Positions 1 through 10,445 of a stretch of 64,000 bases of DNA are shown piece after piece; the first letter of the stretch is position 1, and every line of letters starts with the position of its first letter. The notes beneath the pieces are model-generated. The model was not told the origin of the DNA and did no database searches. It saw only the letters and a list, made by a program, of their open reading frames with translations. This stretch comes from Candidatus Nitrotoga sp. SPKER (GTDB lineage Bacteria; Pseudomonadota; Gammaproteobacteria; Burkholderiales; Gallionellaceae). A program made the translations under genes and the position numbers. The DNA lies in NCBI GenBank assembly GCA_003402285.1, contig QFXG01000028.1, positions 45,422 through 109,421 on the forward strand, written 5' to 3'.

Positions 1-222
1 GTGGCGAGCATCCACGATAGCATTCACAAGAGCAGCTCGCTCTGTAATTTGTGCAGCTGCGAGATCACGAATTTCGTTTTGAAATGCCTTGACCTGCGCT
101 TCGCTTTTCTCACTTGCTACCCTGCCATCAACGTAGCTCTGGTATGAGAAGAAAAACGATATTCCAAGGCCAATTGCCGACACGAGCAAGCTGACTGTGG
201 CAACACATATTGCGATTCTTGT
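1..222 (-). other. Open frame continuing in the same frame directly after the TAG stop (223-225) of the 300-aa ORF and running off the left edge. It encodes a hydrophobic helix followed by a charged helical segment. There is no ATG; the first possible starts (TTG 189, GTG 183) lack a Shine-Dalgarno.
   Basis: Hand translation of the minus strand gives TAG-TRIAICVATVSLLVSAIGLGISFFFSYQSYVDGRVASEKSEAQVKAFQNEIRDLAAAQITERAALVNAIVDARH, with 74 codons and no stop down to position 1. Confidence 0.35.
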
Positions 223-1125
223 CTATCGTCCCGTGCTCTTTGCGTTTTCGATGTAGTCGGCCTGCATACGCAATGCAGTGTCGTTCATACTACGGATGAG
301 TTCTGCGGCTTGAGCAGCCATGGGCCGCAAGTCTTCAATTTGCTTAACGACATTTCCAAGTTTTTCGTTTGTTTCGTGAATTGGGTTCTTCGGAATTTGA
401 ATCTCGGACGTTCGGTAATTCAGACCATCAAGCCTCCGCTCTTGGGCATTTGCTTCAGCAGCCGAGATATACTCCATAGCATCCAGCGCAGCGCTGCCAG
501 CAAGCGACTGGGATATCAACTGATTCATACCTTCCCATTTATTTTTCTCCTCAGCAAGTATTCGTTCAACTTCTGAATAGCCACGGGCATACTTATTAAT
601 TGTGTCCTGAAGTTGATTTGAAAGTCCGAGATTGCGTTGCATCGCCTCTAATGTTGTTCCAGCAAAAAGTGACTTAGATAGAGGCCTCGTCAATCCCTCC
701 CATTGTGCTTTTTGTTCAGAGGCATAGTGACGGAACGCACGAACGAGAAGGTCACAAGCCGACTCATCAGTAGACATTTCGAGATCATTACCTTTGTGAG
801 TTTTGAGAAGATACCGGTTCTTCTGAATCAGCTTTTCTGCAAATTCTCCTAATTCCTCGTTCGTTACTGAATCCAGTTCTTCCGTCATAAGGCTGGGTGC
901 ATTAGTTAAATCGGCTTCATAGGTTCGTCCTTCAATGGGTCGCCGTGCCAATTCACCAAACAGCCAGCGCACAAAGTCTAAAGTAAGGATGCCGGAGGAA
1001 TTCAATTTCTTATTCGCTTGAGAAATATGGTTAGTTTTTAGACAAAGACAACGAACAGTACCAAGCGATTGAAGTTCAAGACTGAACTCACACATACGGG
1101 CAAGATCACGGATATTAAGCGCCAT
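223..1125 (-). CDS. hypothetical protein (300 aa), no family recognised
   Basis: Long ORF with AAGGTAAGGTG upstream of the ATG at 1125. No motif I can assign. It lies just downstream of a methyltransferase-like remnant. Confidence 0.6.
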   Translation of the reverse strand: MALNIRDLARMCEFSLELQSLGTVRCLCLKTNHISQANKKLNSSGILTLDFVRWLFGELARRPIEGRTYEADLTNAPSLMTEELDSVTNEELGEFAEKLIQKNRYLLKTHKGNDLEMSTDESACDLLVRAFRHYASEQKAQWEGLTRPLSKSLFAGTTLEAMQRNLGLSNQLQDTINKYARGYSEVERILAEEKNKWEGMNQLISQSLAGSAALDAMEYISAAEANAQERRLDGLNYRTSEIQIPKNPIHETNEKLGNVVKQIEDLRPMAAQAAELIRSMNDTALRMQADYIENAKSTGR

Positions 1126-1172
1126 AGATTCACCTTACCTTGAAAACTTTCATCACTACATCCCCAAAATGG

Positions 1173-1427
1173 TTAATAATTTTCACCGCAATTCGATCTG
1201 ACGTCATCGACCATGTGCAGATCGGCGTTCATGCGCGCCTTAAACACGGGGATACGACCCCGCTTATCAAACTCGGAGGAATGCGCGTCGTAGTTAAAAG
1301 TACAAGCGATGAGCATATCGAAATCGGCATCACCAGCCTCTCGTGCAGCAGAAACCAAATCAGGACGGGAAACGATGCCGAATTCCGGCCCGTTGAGAAT
1401 TGAGCGATCGAAGAATGCGTTTGTCAT
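1173..1427 (-). pseudogene. Possible C-terminal remnant of a DNA methyltransferase-like (defence-associated) gene
   Basis: The 84-aa ORF has no SD, and an in-frame TAG lies 11 codons upstream of its ATG. The tail ...FDMLIACTFNYDAH...KARMNADLHMVDD resembles, from memory, C-termini of large standalone N6-methylases. The upstream 590 bp has no credible ORF. Confidence 0.25.
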
Positions 1428-2015
1428 ATTGTTGTTATTGACGCGATTTTGCTTTAGCTACGGATAGTATTCCGTGCCGCATAGATGGGCAATCAACTAG
1501 AAAACAAAAAACCGCCGAGCAAATAGAGGCTTCAATATTTCTGAACATGTAGACAAGTTTTTTTGAGCAAAGCTTGATCGACAACTCATTAATTTTGCGT
1601 CATTAATTATCGCCGAATTCTCCTGCTTTCTGCTTTGCCACCTACAGCCAGAATACGTTGGATGCGCTCCGCCCATCAACTAACGGCCTTCTTCTCCGAA
1701 CAAGGGTAGCGCGTTATAGTAGAACTATACTCTGCCGCTTGTTCACCGGAATACATGCTCAACCCGCGCCTATTAATCTGGCTGGGATATATTTGAACTT
1801 ATCAGCCAGTCAAACTGCCAAATTGTATAGTGACTGCACCTTGCCACTTCAAACTCCATTTAGCTGTATCAATAAATGGAAAAATGCTTATGATTATGTT
1901 TCTTCTGGCACAGTTAAAGATTCCGCCAAGCCTATATAATCAAAACTCTGTAATACATACTTTTATAACTGACTCACTGTGAGCCATTAATTATCAATCA
2001 CGTTCAGGAGGCTCG

Positions 2016-2546
2016 ATGCAAAAAGTTATTCTTTCACTATCATTATTATTCGCGGTATCAACAGCCCATTCAGCAGAATCTCATATGCGCCCAGGATTAT
2101 GGGAAATGACGACAACGTCAGGTTTGTTATCGCTCGTGCCGATGATTCCACCCGATCAAATGCAAAATTTGACGAACCTGGCTAAACAGTACGGGTTTGA
2201 TATGCCCAAGATCAATAATGGTGCAGCAACCTCTCAGGTTTGCATTACCCAAGAAATGGCGAATCAAAAAATTCCAACTGTTTTGAATCAAAATCAATAT
2301 GGCTGTGATATTAAAAATGCTGTCCAAACTGGCAATGACTATAAAATAAATCTTATCTGCGAGAACTCCGTCCTTAAGGGAAATGGAGTAACCGAGGGAA
2401 TTTTTACGAGTCCAGAAAGTTTTACCGGACGAACTGAATTTAATGGCGTTGTACAGGGCAATCCAATTAATGAACGCGCCTACACTGACGGTCGATGGAT
2501 TAGTGCAGACTGCGGAACAGTGAAACCTTTCCGTGATCCTCGTTAA
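2016..2546 (+). CDS. DUF3617 family secreted protein or lipoprotein
   Basis: Signal peptide MQKVILSLSLLFAVSTAHSA, then the PGLWE motif and spaced Cys residues typical of DUF3617. GGAGG lies before the ATG. Confidence 0.75.
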   Translation: MQKVILSLSLLFAVSTAHSAESHMRPGLWEMTTTSGLLSLVPMIPPDQMQNLTNLAKQYGFDMPKINNGAATSQVCITQEMANQKIPTVLNQNQYGCDIKNAVQTGNDYKINLICENSVLKGNGVTEGIFTSPESFTGRTEFNGVVQGNPINERAYTDGRWISADCGTVKPFRDPR

Positions 2547-2718
2547 GCAAATTTATAACAGCTATGTCATGCGGAAAAGTTTGTTCGGTTATGGCTCGAA
2601 GTTAAAGTGCGATAAAATAGCAAAATTGCTTGGCCCCTCAACACGGGGAAAACCGGCAATCTTAATGATTTCGAAAATCTGTTATTATTAGCCTCCAATA
2701 AAAATAAGTGTTCCAGGT

Positions 2719-4323
2719 TTGCAATTTAAAATTAAAAATTTATATGTAAAGGGTTGCCCCGCCTTTATAAGGTTTATTTCACGACTAACCGCAGGGTTGC
2801 TACTGGGAGGTACACTGTCGCTGTTTGGTTGTACGACTGTAGGACCTGATTTTAAGCAACCTGATGCGCCTGCTGTAGCAAGTTACACCGCACAAAAATT
2901 ACCAATACAAACTGTAACAGCACAAGGTAATTTTGGCGGAGCTCAAAATTTCGTAGTCGGAAAAGATGTCCCCGTGAATTGGTGGCAAAATTTTGGCTCG
3001 CCCAAACTTAATGCGCTCATCGATCAAGCCTTAAACGCCAGTCCAACGTTAGATGCAGCGCAGGCTACCTTGTTCCAAGCACAGCAAACCTATGCTGCGC
3101 AAGCAGGTTCTTTGCAGTATCCCCAGGTGAATGCCAAGCTGAGTGGACAGCGTCAAAAATTTAATCCTTCAAGTTTTGGTCAAGGTGACGGTAGCAGAAT
3201 ATTCGAATTATATAACGCGGGCGTAACGGTCAGTTATAACCTTGATCTTTTCGGCGGTAACCGTCGTACTCTAGAAACTTTTGCTGCGCAGGCTGATTAT
3301 CAACGTTATCAGTTTGAGGGTGCACGACTTACACTTGCTGCCAACATCACGACTGCTGCAATGTCACAGGCGCAGTATGCCGCACAGATCAAGGCCACTG
3401 TGGCTATTCTGGCAGCGCAGAAAAAACAGTTGAATATTGCGAAACAACGCTTCGAGCTAGGAGCCGTGCCTCGCAGTGACGAATTTACTTTACTTACTCA
3501 GGTAGAGCAAACTCGCGCCAGTATTCCGCTCTTGCGTAACAATCTTGATAAAGCCAATCACTTACTCGCTGTATTAATAGGCCAACCACCCGAGACGGCG
3601 CAAATACCTAAATTTGTTTTAGCCGATTTTAATCTGCCGGCAGAGTTGCCTCTTGTCATCCCTTCAGAACTGGTGCGTCAACGTCCTGACATTCAGGCGT
3701 CTGAGGCCTTGCTGCATGTCGCAAATGCGCAGTATGGGGTCGCCCTGTCCGCTATTTACCCGCAAATTACCTTATCTCCTACTCTGGGCTCGCAGGCTCT
3801 CGCTGCATCCAGTTTATTCGGAGCCGGATCGGTCATTTGGACTTTGGTAGGCCAAGTAACACAACCCTTGTTCAATGCTGGCCTCAAAGCGGGGGCTAAG
3901 TCAGCAGAAGCGGGATTCAATGCAGCAGCAGCTAACTATCGCCAAACCGTGCTGCAAGCTTTACGTAATGTTGCTGACGTTTTGCGTACACTGGACAATG
4001 ACGCACAAATATTGCAAGCACAGGCTGCCGCCGATGCCTCGGCACAAGCATCGCTTAATCTTATTCAGCAGCAATTTCTATTAGGCGGCGTAAATTATTT
4101 ACAACTACTGACCGCGCAACAACAGGCGCAACAAACCCAGATTAACTTAATTGCCGCGCAAGTTCAGCGTTTGACGGATACTGCCGCGCTTTATCAGGCT
4201 ATGGGGGGTGGCTGGATTGCCGCATCAAAACAACGGGCGGAGATATCGCCGCCGCATACTCAATTAGCAATGCAGAATACCGAGCACAAAGGTGTTGTGC
4301 GGCATCGTTTGAACCAAAAGTGA
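2719..4323 (+). CDS. RND efflux outer-membrane factor lipoprotein (NodT family)
   Basis: Lipobox LSLFGC followed by TTVGPDF, and two OEP-type repeats. First gene of an efflux operon. The start is a TTG, so it is uncertain. Confidence 0.9.
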   Translation: MQFKIKNLYVKGCPAFIRFISRLTAGLLLGGTLSLFGCTTVGPDFKQPDAPAVASYTAQKLPIQTVTAQGNFGGAQNFVVGKDVPVNWWQNFGSPKLNALIDQALNASPTLDAAQATLFQAQQTYAAQAGSLQYPQVNAKLSGQRQKFNPSSFGQGDGSRIFELYNAGVTVSYNLDLFGGNRRTLETFAAQADYQRYQFEGARLTLAANITTAAMSQAQYAAQIKATVAILAAQKKQLNIAKQRFELGAVPRSDEFTLLTQVEQTRASIPLLRNNLDKANHLLAVLIGQPPETAQIPKFVLADFNLPAELPLVIPSELVRQRPDIQASEALLHVANAQYGVALSAIYPQITLSPTLGSQALAASSLFGAGSVIWTLVGQVTQPLFNAGLKAGAKSAEAGFNAAAANYRQTVLQALRNVADVLRTLDNDAQILQAQAAADASAQASLNLIQQQFLLGGVNYLQLLTAQQQAQQTQINLIAAQVQRLTDTAALYQAMGGGWIAASKQRAEISPPHTQLAMQNTEHKGVVRHRLNQK

Positions 4324-4338
4324 GCATGGAGTATTTTC

Positions 4339-5481
4339 ATGACTAAAGGCACGACCAAGCGCATGATCATCATGCTGCTCATAGCTGCAGTAATATTCGG
4401 CGGAATTTATGCTTTTCAACAATTTCGCAACAAAATGATACAACAAGCTATCAAAGGACAAGCTAACCCACCGCAAAGTGTTTCTACCACCGTAGCGCAA
4501 ACATCTACTTGGCAACCTTCAGTCGAAGCGGTAGGCAATCTGCGTGCTTCTAATGGTACCAGCCTGGCAGCTGAGGTCAGCGGCATCGTTACCGCCATAC
4601 ATTTTGATTCGGGAGCAATGGTAAAAACGGGTCAATTGATCTTGGAACTGAATGCCGCGCCGCTTAAAGCTCAGCTGGAACAATTCAAGGCTACCGTCCG
4701 ACTTGCCAAACAGACTTTCGACCGTGATCTTGCGCAACTCAAAATGCAGGCAGTCAGCCAAGCGGCAGTCGATATTTCAGCAGCCAATTTAAAAACTGCC
4801 TTGGCTCAGGTAACGATGCAAGAAGCAATGATTGCACAAAAAAGTATCCGAGCTCCCTTCTCTGGTCAGCTGGGTATACGCCAAGTAGATCTTGGTCAAT
4901 ATGTCGCGCCCGGCACCGCGCTTGTCAATCTGCAAAAACTTGATCCCATGTATCTGGACTTTACGGTACCACAGGCCCAGATTGACTTGATTCATGTCGG
5001 CGAGAGTGTCTCTGTGCAAACCAATGCGTTTCCGGATAAAGCTTTCACTGGCACCATTTCCGCGATTGAACCGCAGATAGATATATCCACGCGTAATCTC
5101 AAAGTACGAGCAAGTATTGCCAATCCTAAAGGTGAATTGCTACCTGGATTATTTGCTACGGTACGGGTAAAGAGAGGGAAAGAAAAGCAGTACATCACTC
5201 TGCCAAATTCAGCCATTTCTTATAATCCTTATGGCAGCACCGTATTTATAGTGAAAAATGAAGGAAAGGGGGCAGATGGTAAGCCTAAGCTGGTGGTCGA
5301 GCAACGTTTTGTCACGACCGGCGTTACCCGCGGCGATCAAGTGGCAGTATTAAGCGGTTTACAAGTGAATGAGGTTGTAGTTACTTCAGGTCAACTCAAA
5401 CTACGTAATGGCACGCCAATATTTGTAAATAATAGCCTGCAGCCGTCTAACAATCCCAATCCTCAGGTAAAAGACGAATGA
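4339..5481 (+). CDS. RND efflux periplasmic adaptor (membrane fusion protein)
   Basis: N-terminal TM anchor and HlyD/MFP-type barrel-sandwich and coiled-coil sequence. Its stop overlaps the RND pump start (ATGA). Confidence 0.9.
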   Translation: MTKGTTKRMIIMLLIAAVIFGGIYAFQQFRNKMIQQAIKGQANPPQSVSTTVAQTSTWQPSVEAVGNLRASNGTSLAAEVSGIVTAIHFDSGAMVKTGQLILELNAAPLKAQLEQFKATVRLAKQTFDRDLAQLKMQAVSQAAVDISAANLKTALAQVTMQEAMIAQKSIRAPFSGQLGIRQVDLGQYVAPGTALVNLQKLDPMYLDFTVPQAQIDLIHVGESVSVQTNAFPDKAFTGTISAIEPQIDISTRNLKVRASIANPKGELLPGLFATVRVKRGKEKQYITLPNSAISYNPYGSTVFIVKNEGKGADGKPKLVVEQRFVTTGVTRGDQVAVLSGLQVNEVVVTSGQLKLRNGTPIFVNNSLQPSNNPNPQVKDE

Positions 5482-8400
5482 GCAACACTGCAGGCGCAGC
5501 GATTAGAAAATTTACTGACATTTTCGTCGAACGTCCAGTTCTGGCAACCGTCATTAGTTTAGTGATACTGGTGCTGGGCTTACGCTCGCTGGCCTCATTG
5601 CCGATACTGCAATATCCTTACACCCAAAATGCAGTCGTCACCATCAGCACAGCGTATCCCGGCGCCGATGCCAATCTGGTAGCGAGTTTCATCACTACTC
5701 CACTGGAAAATGCCGTCGCTCAGGCCAACGGTATTGATTACATGACCTCCAGCAGCACGCAGGGAGTGAGCGCTATTAGTGCCAATCTTCGATTAAATTA
5801 TGACCCAAGCAATGCCTTAACCGAAATTAACACCAAGGTGAATGCGGTTCTTAATCAGCTGCCGCCTCAAGCACAAAAACCCACACTTTCCGTCAGCATT
5901 GGGCAGACCATCGATGCGATGTACATCGGTTTCTACAGCGATGTTCTCAAGCCTAACCAAGTCACTGACTATCTCGTGCGTTCCGTTCAAACCAAACTAC
6001 AAGCGATTGAAGGCGTACAAGTTGCCGAATTATTGGGCGCAAAAAATTTCGCCTTACGGGCATGGCTTGATCCACAGAAACTTGCCGCTGTTGGTCTCAC
6101 GGCTGCCGATATTTATAGTCTTTTGGCTGCCAACAACTTTCTCTCATCCAGCGGCCAATCCAAGGGACAAATGGTACAGATCAACTTGAATGCATCTACT
6201 GCGCTGCGGTCAGTAGATGAATTCAAGCAAATGGTCATCAAGCAACAAGGCAACTCGGTTGTGCGCTTAGCAGACGTAGCGAATGTTACTTTGGGCGCTG
6301 ATGACTATGACACCAGCGTGTCGTTTGACGGTAAAAAAGCGGTATACGTGGGAATTCAGGTTGCGCCCGCTGCCAATCTGCTGGATGTGATTGCTCGCGT
6401 ACGCAAAGTCATGCCTGAAATTCAGGCACAGCTACCGCAGGGTATGAATAGCAACATCGTTTATGACTCGACCAAATTCGTCAATTCGTCAATTAACGAG
6501 GTCGTTAAAACGCTGGTGGAAGCTGTTCTGATTGTCACAGCAGTGGTATTTGTTTTCCTGGGCTCGCTACGCTCGGTGCTCATTCCAGTGATTGCGATAC
6601 CCCTTTCCCTGATAGGCACTTTCTCAGTGATGCTGGCTTTGGGCTATTCCATCAACCTGCTCACACTCTTAGCGCTCGTACTTGCCATCGGGCTAGTGGT
6701 AGATGATGCCATCATCGTAGTAGAAAACGTAAATCGTCATCTGGAAGAAGGACTATCGCCTTTTGACTCAGCGGTGAAGGCGGCGCGTGAACTGGCTAAT
6801 CCTATTATTGCGATGACCATTGTGCTTGTTGCAGTCTATGTACCGATAGGCTTTATGAGTGGCCTCACTGGCGCACTGTTTACCGAATTTGCTTTTACGC
6901 TGGTCGGTGCTGTAACTATGTCAGCTGTGATCGCGCTGACACTTTCGCCGATGATGTGTTCGCGTCTCCTACGCTCGCCCAAGCGTGAGGGGGGTAACTG
7001 GCAAGATCGTTTAGAAATATGGTTGGATAAACAATTTGAACGGTTACACGTTCGATATGAAAAAACCCTACATGGCACACTCAATTTCGTCACAGTAATA
7101 GCCATATTCGCGTTAGTAATCATAGGCGGGATTTATTTTCTGTACACCACCTCGATGTCTGAACTCGCTCCGCAGGAAGACCAAGGTGTGCTGATTGCAG
7201 CCTCTTTTAACGCGCCCGATGCAACACTACAGCAACGAGAAATATTTGGTGAACAGATTCAGAAAATTTTCAAGGCCCACTCGGAAACAGATCACATTTT
7301 CCAGCTAAATATGCCGACACAGGTTATCACCGGCATGGTACTCAAGCCTTGGGATGAGCGTGCTAAAACCTCCATGCAACTACAGCCCCAAGTACAAAAA
7401 GAATTAGGGGAAATCGCAGGCACGCAGAATGCTCTTTTCCAGCCTCCTCCGCTGCCCGGTGCACGCGGATTGCCAATACAATTTGTGATTACTACTACAG
7501 AGCCATTCTCCAAGCTCTATGACGTATCCCAGAAATTTTTGCAAGAAGCTGAAAAAACGGGCGAATTTATTTTCGTACAATCAGATTTACGCATTGACCT
7601 ACCTCAGACTACGGTAGTAATTGATCGCAATATGGCGTCACAGCTTGGGCTAAATATGCAAGATATCGGCTCTGGCCTGTCTGCCATGCTGGGAGGTGGA
7701 TATGTAAACTATTTCGAGCTTGAGGGTCGGTCTTATAAAGTTATTCCTCAGGTTGCACAGCGTTTCCGCCTGAATACAGACCAACTCAAACACTATTATC
7801 TGCGTACCGCAAGCGGACAAATGGTACCGCTATCTACAGTAGCTCATCTGGAAAAAAGTACCGAACCAGAAACCATCAATCACTTCCAACAACAAAATAT
7901 GGCGACCATACAGGGAGTGGCCTTTCCCACTATTTCACAAGGTCAGGCACTGGAAAGACTTAAAACTTTAGCGCAAGAAACCTTACCGGCCGGATATAGC
8001 TACGACTATTCAGGCCCCTCACGACAATTTATACAAGAATCAGGCGGACTGTTACTTACCTTTTTCTTTGCTATTGTTATTATTTTCCTGGCACTTGCCG
8101 CTCAATTTGAAAGCTTCCGCGACCCTCTTATCATTTTAGTGTCTGTGCCCATGTCTATTGCAGGAGCATTAATTTTTATTAACCTGGGTATTGGGGGTAC
8201 CAAGCTTAATATTTACACTGAAGTTGGCTTGGTAACACTCATCGCCCTAATCTCAAAACATGGCATTTTGATTGTGGAATTCGCCAATAATTTGCAACAA
8301 ACAGGATTGAGCAAACGTGAGGCCATAGAGAAAGCTGCTGGTTTACGTCTACGCCCCATATTAATGACAACTGCTGCCATGGTACTGGGTGTTTTACCGC

Positions 8401-8576
8401 TCATCACAGCCAGCGGTGCGGGAGCAGTGAGCCGTTTTAATATGGGCTTGGTGATCGCCAGCGGCTTATCGATAGGCACATTATTTACCCTGTTCGTTGT
8501 ACCTGGTATGTATATGTTACTTTCTGCTGAACGTAACCATGAAGCAATCGTACCAAGGTCAAATCCCCAAACTTAA
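5478..8576 (+). CDS. HAE1-type multidrug efflux RND permease (AcrB/MdtB-like)
   Basis: 1032 aa. N-terminus FTDIFVERPVLATV..., 12-TM RND architecture and the conserved VVDDAIVVVENV motif. Confidence 0.95.
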   Translation: MSNTAGAAIRKFTDIFVERPVLATVISLVILVLGLRSLASLPILQYPYTQNAVVTISTAYPGADANLVASFITTPLENAVAQANGIDYMTSSSTQGVSAISANLRLNYDPSNALTEINTKVNAVLNQLPPQAQKPTLSVSIGQTIDAMYIGFYSDVLKPNQVTDYLVRSVQTKLQAIEGVQVAELLGAKNFALRAWLDPQKLAAVGLTAADIYSLLAANNFLSSSGQSKGQMVQINLNASTALRSVDEFKQMVIKQQGNSVVRLADVANVTLGADDYDTSVSFDGKKAVYVGIQVAPAANLLDVIARVRKVMPEIQAQLPQGMNSNIVYDSTKFVNSSINEVVKTLVEAVLIVTAVVFVFLGSLRSVLIPVIAIPLSLIGTFSVMLALGYSINLLTLLALVLAIGLVVDDAIIVVENVNRHLEEGLSPFDSAVKAARELANPIIAMTIVLVAVYVPIGFMSGLTGALFTEFAFTLVGAVTMSAVIALTLSPMMCSRLLRSPKREGGNWQDRLEIWLDKQFERLHVRYEKTLHGTLNFVTVIAIFALVIIGGIYFLYTTSMSELAPQEDQGVLIAASFNAPDATLQQREIFGEQIQKIFKAHSETDHIFQLNMPTQVITGMVLKPWDERAKTSMQLQPQVQKELGEIAGTQNALFQPPPLPGARGLPIQFVITTTEPFSKLYDVSQKFLQEAEKTGEFIFVQSDLRIDLPQTTVVIDRNMASQLGLNMQDIGSGLSAMLGGGYVNYFELEGRSYKVIPQVAQRFRLNTDQLKHYYLRTASGQMVPLSTVAHLEKSTEPETINHFQQQNMATIQGVAFPTISQGQALERLKTLAQETLPAGYSYDYSGPSRQFIQESGGLLLTFFFAIVIIFLALAAQFESFRDPLIILVSVPMSIAGALIFINLGIGGTKLNIYTEVGLVTLIALISKHGILIVEFANNLQQTGLSKREAIEKAAGLRLRPILMTTAAMVLGVLPLITASGAGAVSRFNMGLVIASGLSIGTLFTLFVVPGMYMLLSAERNHEAIVPRSNPQT

Positions 8577-8581
8577 GGACC

Positions 8582-9469
8582 CTATGTAATTCGTAGTAAA
8601 CCCGCAGTTTTTCCAGAATAGTCACGTGCAAATTGCCAGGCCACACGACCGCTGCGCGAGGCGCGCATCATTGACCACTGCAGCGCTTCACGGCGAATCA
8701 CGTCGTCCCAATCCTTAAGATCAACGCCAAACACACCCAGCCAATGTCGTACGATCTGCAGATAGGCTTCCTGATTAAAACTGTAGAATGACACCCACAA
8801 ACCGAAACGATCCGATAACGAAACTTTCTCTTCTACCGCTTCCCCGGGATGCAGCTCACCATCATCACCGTACGTTGTCTGCAGATTCTCGGAAAAATAT
8901 TCCGGCATAAGGTGGCGGCGATTGCTGGTGGCATAAATTAGCACATTATCTGGTACAGAAGCAAAGCTGCCATCGAGTACCGTCTTGAGCGCCTTATAAC
9001 CCGGTTCACCGTCTTCGAAGCTCAGATCATCACAGAAGATAATGAAGCGCTCAGAGCGTTTACACACTAAATCGACAATGTGTGGCAAATCGACGAGGTC
9101 GGTCTTGTCGACCTCGATCACGCGTAGACCGTCAGCCGAGTATTCTGTCAGCATCGCCCGGACAATGGAACTCTTACCCGTACCACGCGCTCCGGTCAGC
9201 AATACATTATTGGCACGCTCGCCATATACGAACTGACGCGTGTTATCGTCAACGCGCTTCTTCTGATCGTCGATATCCTTCAGATCAGACAATTGAATGG
9301 GCTGCAAAACGTGCAGCGGCTCCAGCCAGCCACGAGTTTGATGCGTACGCCAGCGCTGAGCCAAGGCGCTCCAGTCCGGCATCGGAGGGGCTGGTGGTAA
9401 GCTCGCTTCAAAAAGCGACATAAGATGCTCGGCGCGCGCGACCAATCGCTCGATATCATCTGGATTCAT
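8582..9469 (-). CDS. DUF815 family AAA ATPase
   Basis: Walker A LLTGARGTGKSS and overall DUF815/COG2607-like sequence. Confidence 0.85.
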   Translation of the reverse strand: MNPDDIERLVARAEHLMSLFEASLPPAPPMPDWSALAQRWRTHQTRGWLEPLHVLQPIQLSDLKDIDDQKKRVDDNTRQFVYGERANNVLLTGARGTGKSSIVRAMLTEYSADGLRVIEVDKTDLVDLPHIVDLVCKRSERFIIFCDDLSFEDGEPGYKALKTVLDGSFASVPDNVLIYATSNRRHLMPEYFSENLQTTYGDDGELHPGEAVEEKVSLSDRFGLWVSFYSFNQEAYLQIVRHWLGVFGVDLKDWDDVIRREALQWSMMRASRSGRVAWQFARDYSGKTAGLLRIT

Positions 9470-9976
9470 TGACTTTCCTCCTTGTTCCGGCTTCCCTTAT
9501 TAATGCTCAAGACCATAGCATCTATATACAGGTGCTCGAGCTTCTTTTCAGCCAAGTTACCCACAACAATCTCCAACAACAAATACAACACTATCCCGAA
9601 CTGAGAAGCATATATTTGCGGGACGCATCAAAGGTCGCAAACTAGTGTTGCACTGAATTATGCACAGCTCGCTACGATGATGACTACCAGCAAATAAATT
9701 TGATGTAAATTAATGGCAAAAATAGAAAATTCAAACGCGTATGTCAAATTAACAACGAACGTTTACACTTCATGACTTCCGCGCAAAAGCAGTCACAGAT
9801 CTGATCAAAGGTGGAAAAAAGTAAGCGAACTGACTAGCCATAAAACCGAAAATATTCCGGTCAAAGTGTACAGCCATCGAGCCGGTAGAAAATCTAAAGT
9901 AGTGAAAAGTTTTATAAAAACGACTCTTCATTTTACTGAAGTAAGCCAGCACCAATCTGAAACTGCTTGATTTATA

Positions 9977-10053
9977 TGGGGTGACTGATGGGGCTCGAAC
10001 CCACGACAACCGGAATCACAATCCGGGGCTCTACCAACTGAGCTACAGCCACC
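9977..10053 (-). tRNA. tRNA-His (GTG)
   Basis: Hand-folded cloverleaf. The extra G-1 is present, the anticodon loop is TTGTGAT, the T-loop is GGTTCGAGCCC, and it ends CCACCCCA. Confidence 0.9.
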
Positions 10054-10083
10054 ACGGGGTAAAACATCAACAAGATGTGTCGT

Positions 10084-10160
10084 TGGCGTGCCCGACAGGA
10101 ATCGAACCTGTAACCCCCAGCTTAGAAGGCTGGTGCTCTATCCGGTTGAGCTACGGGCAC
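10084..10160 (-). tRNA. tRNA-Arg (TCT)
   Basis: Reverse complement is GTGCCCGTAGCTCAACCGGATAGAGCACCAGCCTTCTAAGCTGGGGGTTACAGGTTCGATTCCTGTCGGGCACGCCA, with anticodon loop CTTCTAA. Confidence 0.9.
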
Positions 10161-10203
10161 AATTTCCTGTGGAGCCATTCGACTCTGTACCACTAAGATA
10201 TAC

Positions 10204-10280
10204 TGGTCGGGGTGGAGAGATTCGAACTCCCGACATCCTGCTCCCAAAGCAGGCGCGCTACCAGGCTACGCTACACCCCG
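10204..10280 (-). tRNA. tRNA-Pro (TGG)
   Basis: Reverse complement is CGGGGTGTAGCGTAGCCTGGTAGCGCGCCTGCTTTGGGAGCAGGATGTCGGGAGTTCGAATCTCTCCACCCCGACCA, with anticodon loop TTTGGGA. Confidence 0.9.
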
Positions 10281-10445
10281 AAAGCGGAGCACTATACCTC
10301 GCAAACGATAAAAAATCAATAATGTTCGGGGTTATTTGTCGCTGACCTACTGAAATATTTACCCTCTATCGCCCAATGGAGATATATTATTTCGTGTCAC
10401 TCCTTGCTACTAGCATGGGACTTTTATGCAACAAAATGCCCTCTG

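Noticed and set aside
1497-1939. ORFs 1497-1679 (minus strand) and 1658-1939 (plus strand) in the 590-bp gap before the DUF3617 gene
   Set aside because: They are short and mutually overlapping, with no SD and no motifs. The region is better described as decayed or non-coding DNA next to the methylase-like remnant.
9770-10345. ORFs 9770-10009, 9981-10196 and 10088-10345
   Set aside because: They overlap the three hand-folded tRNA genes (His, Arg, Pro). The apparent coding potential is an artefact of stop-poor tRNA sequence.
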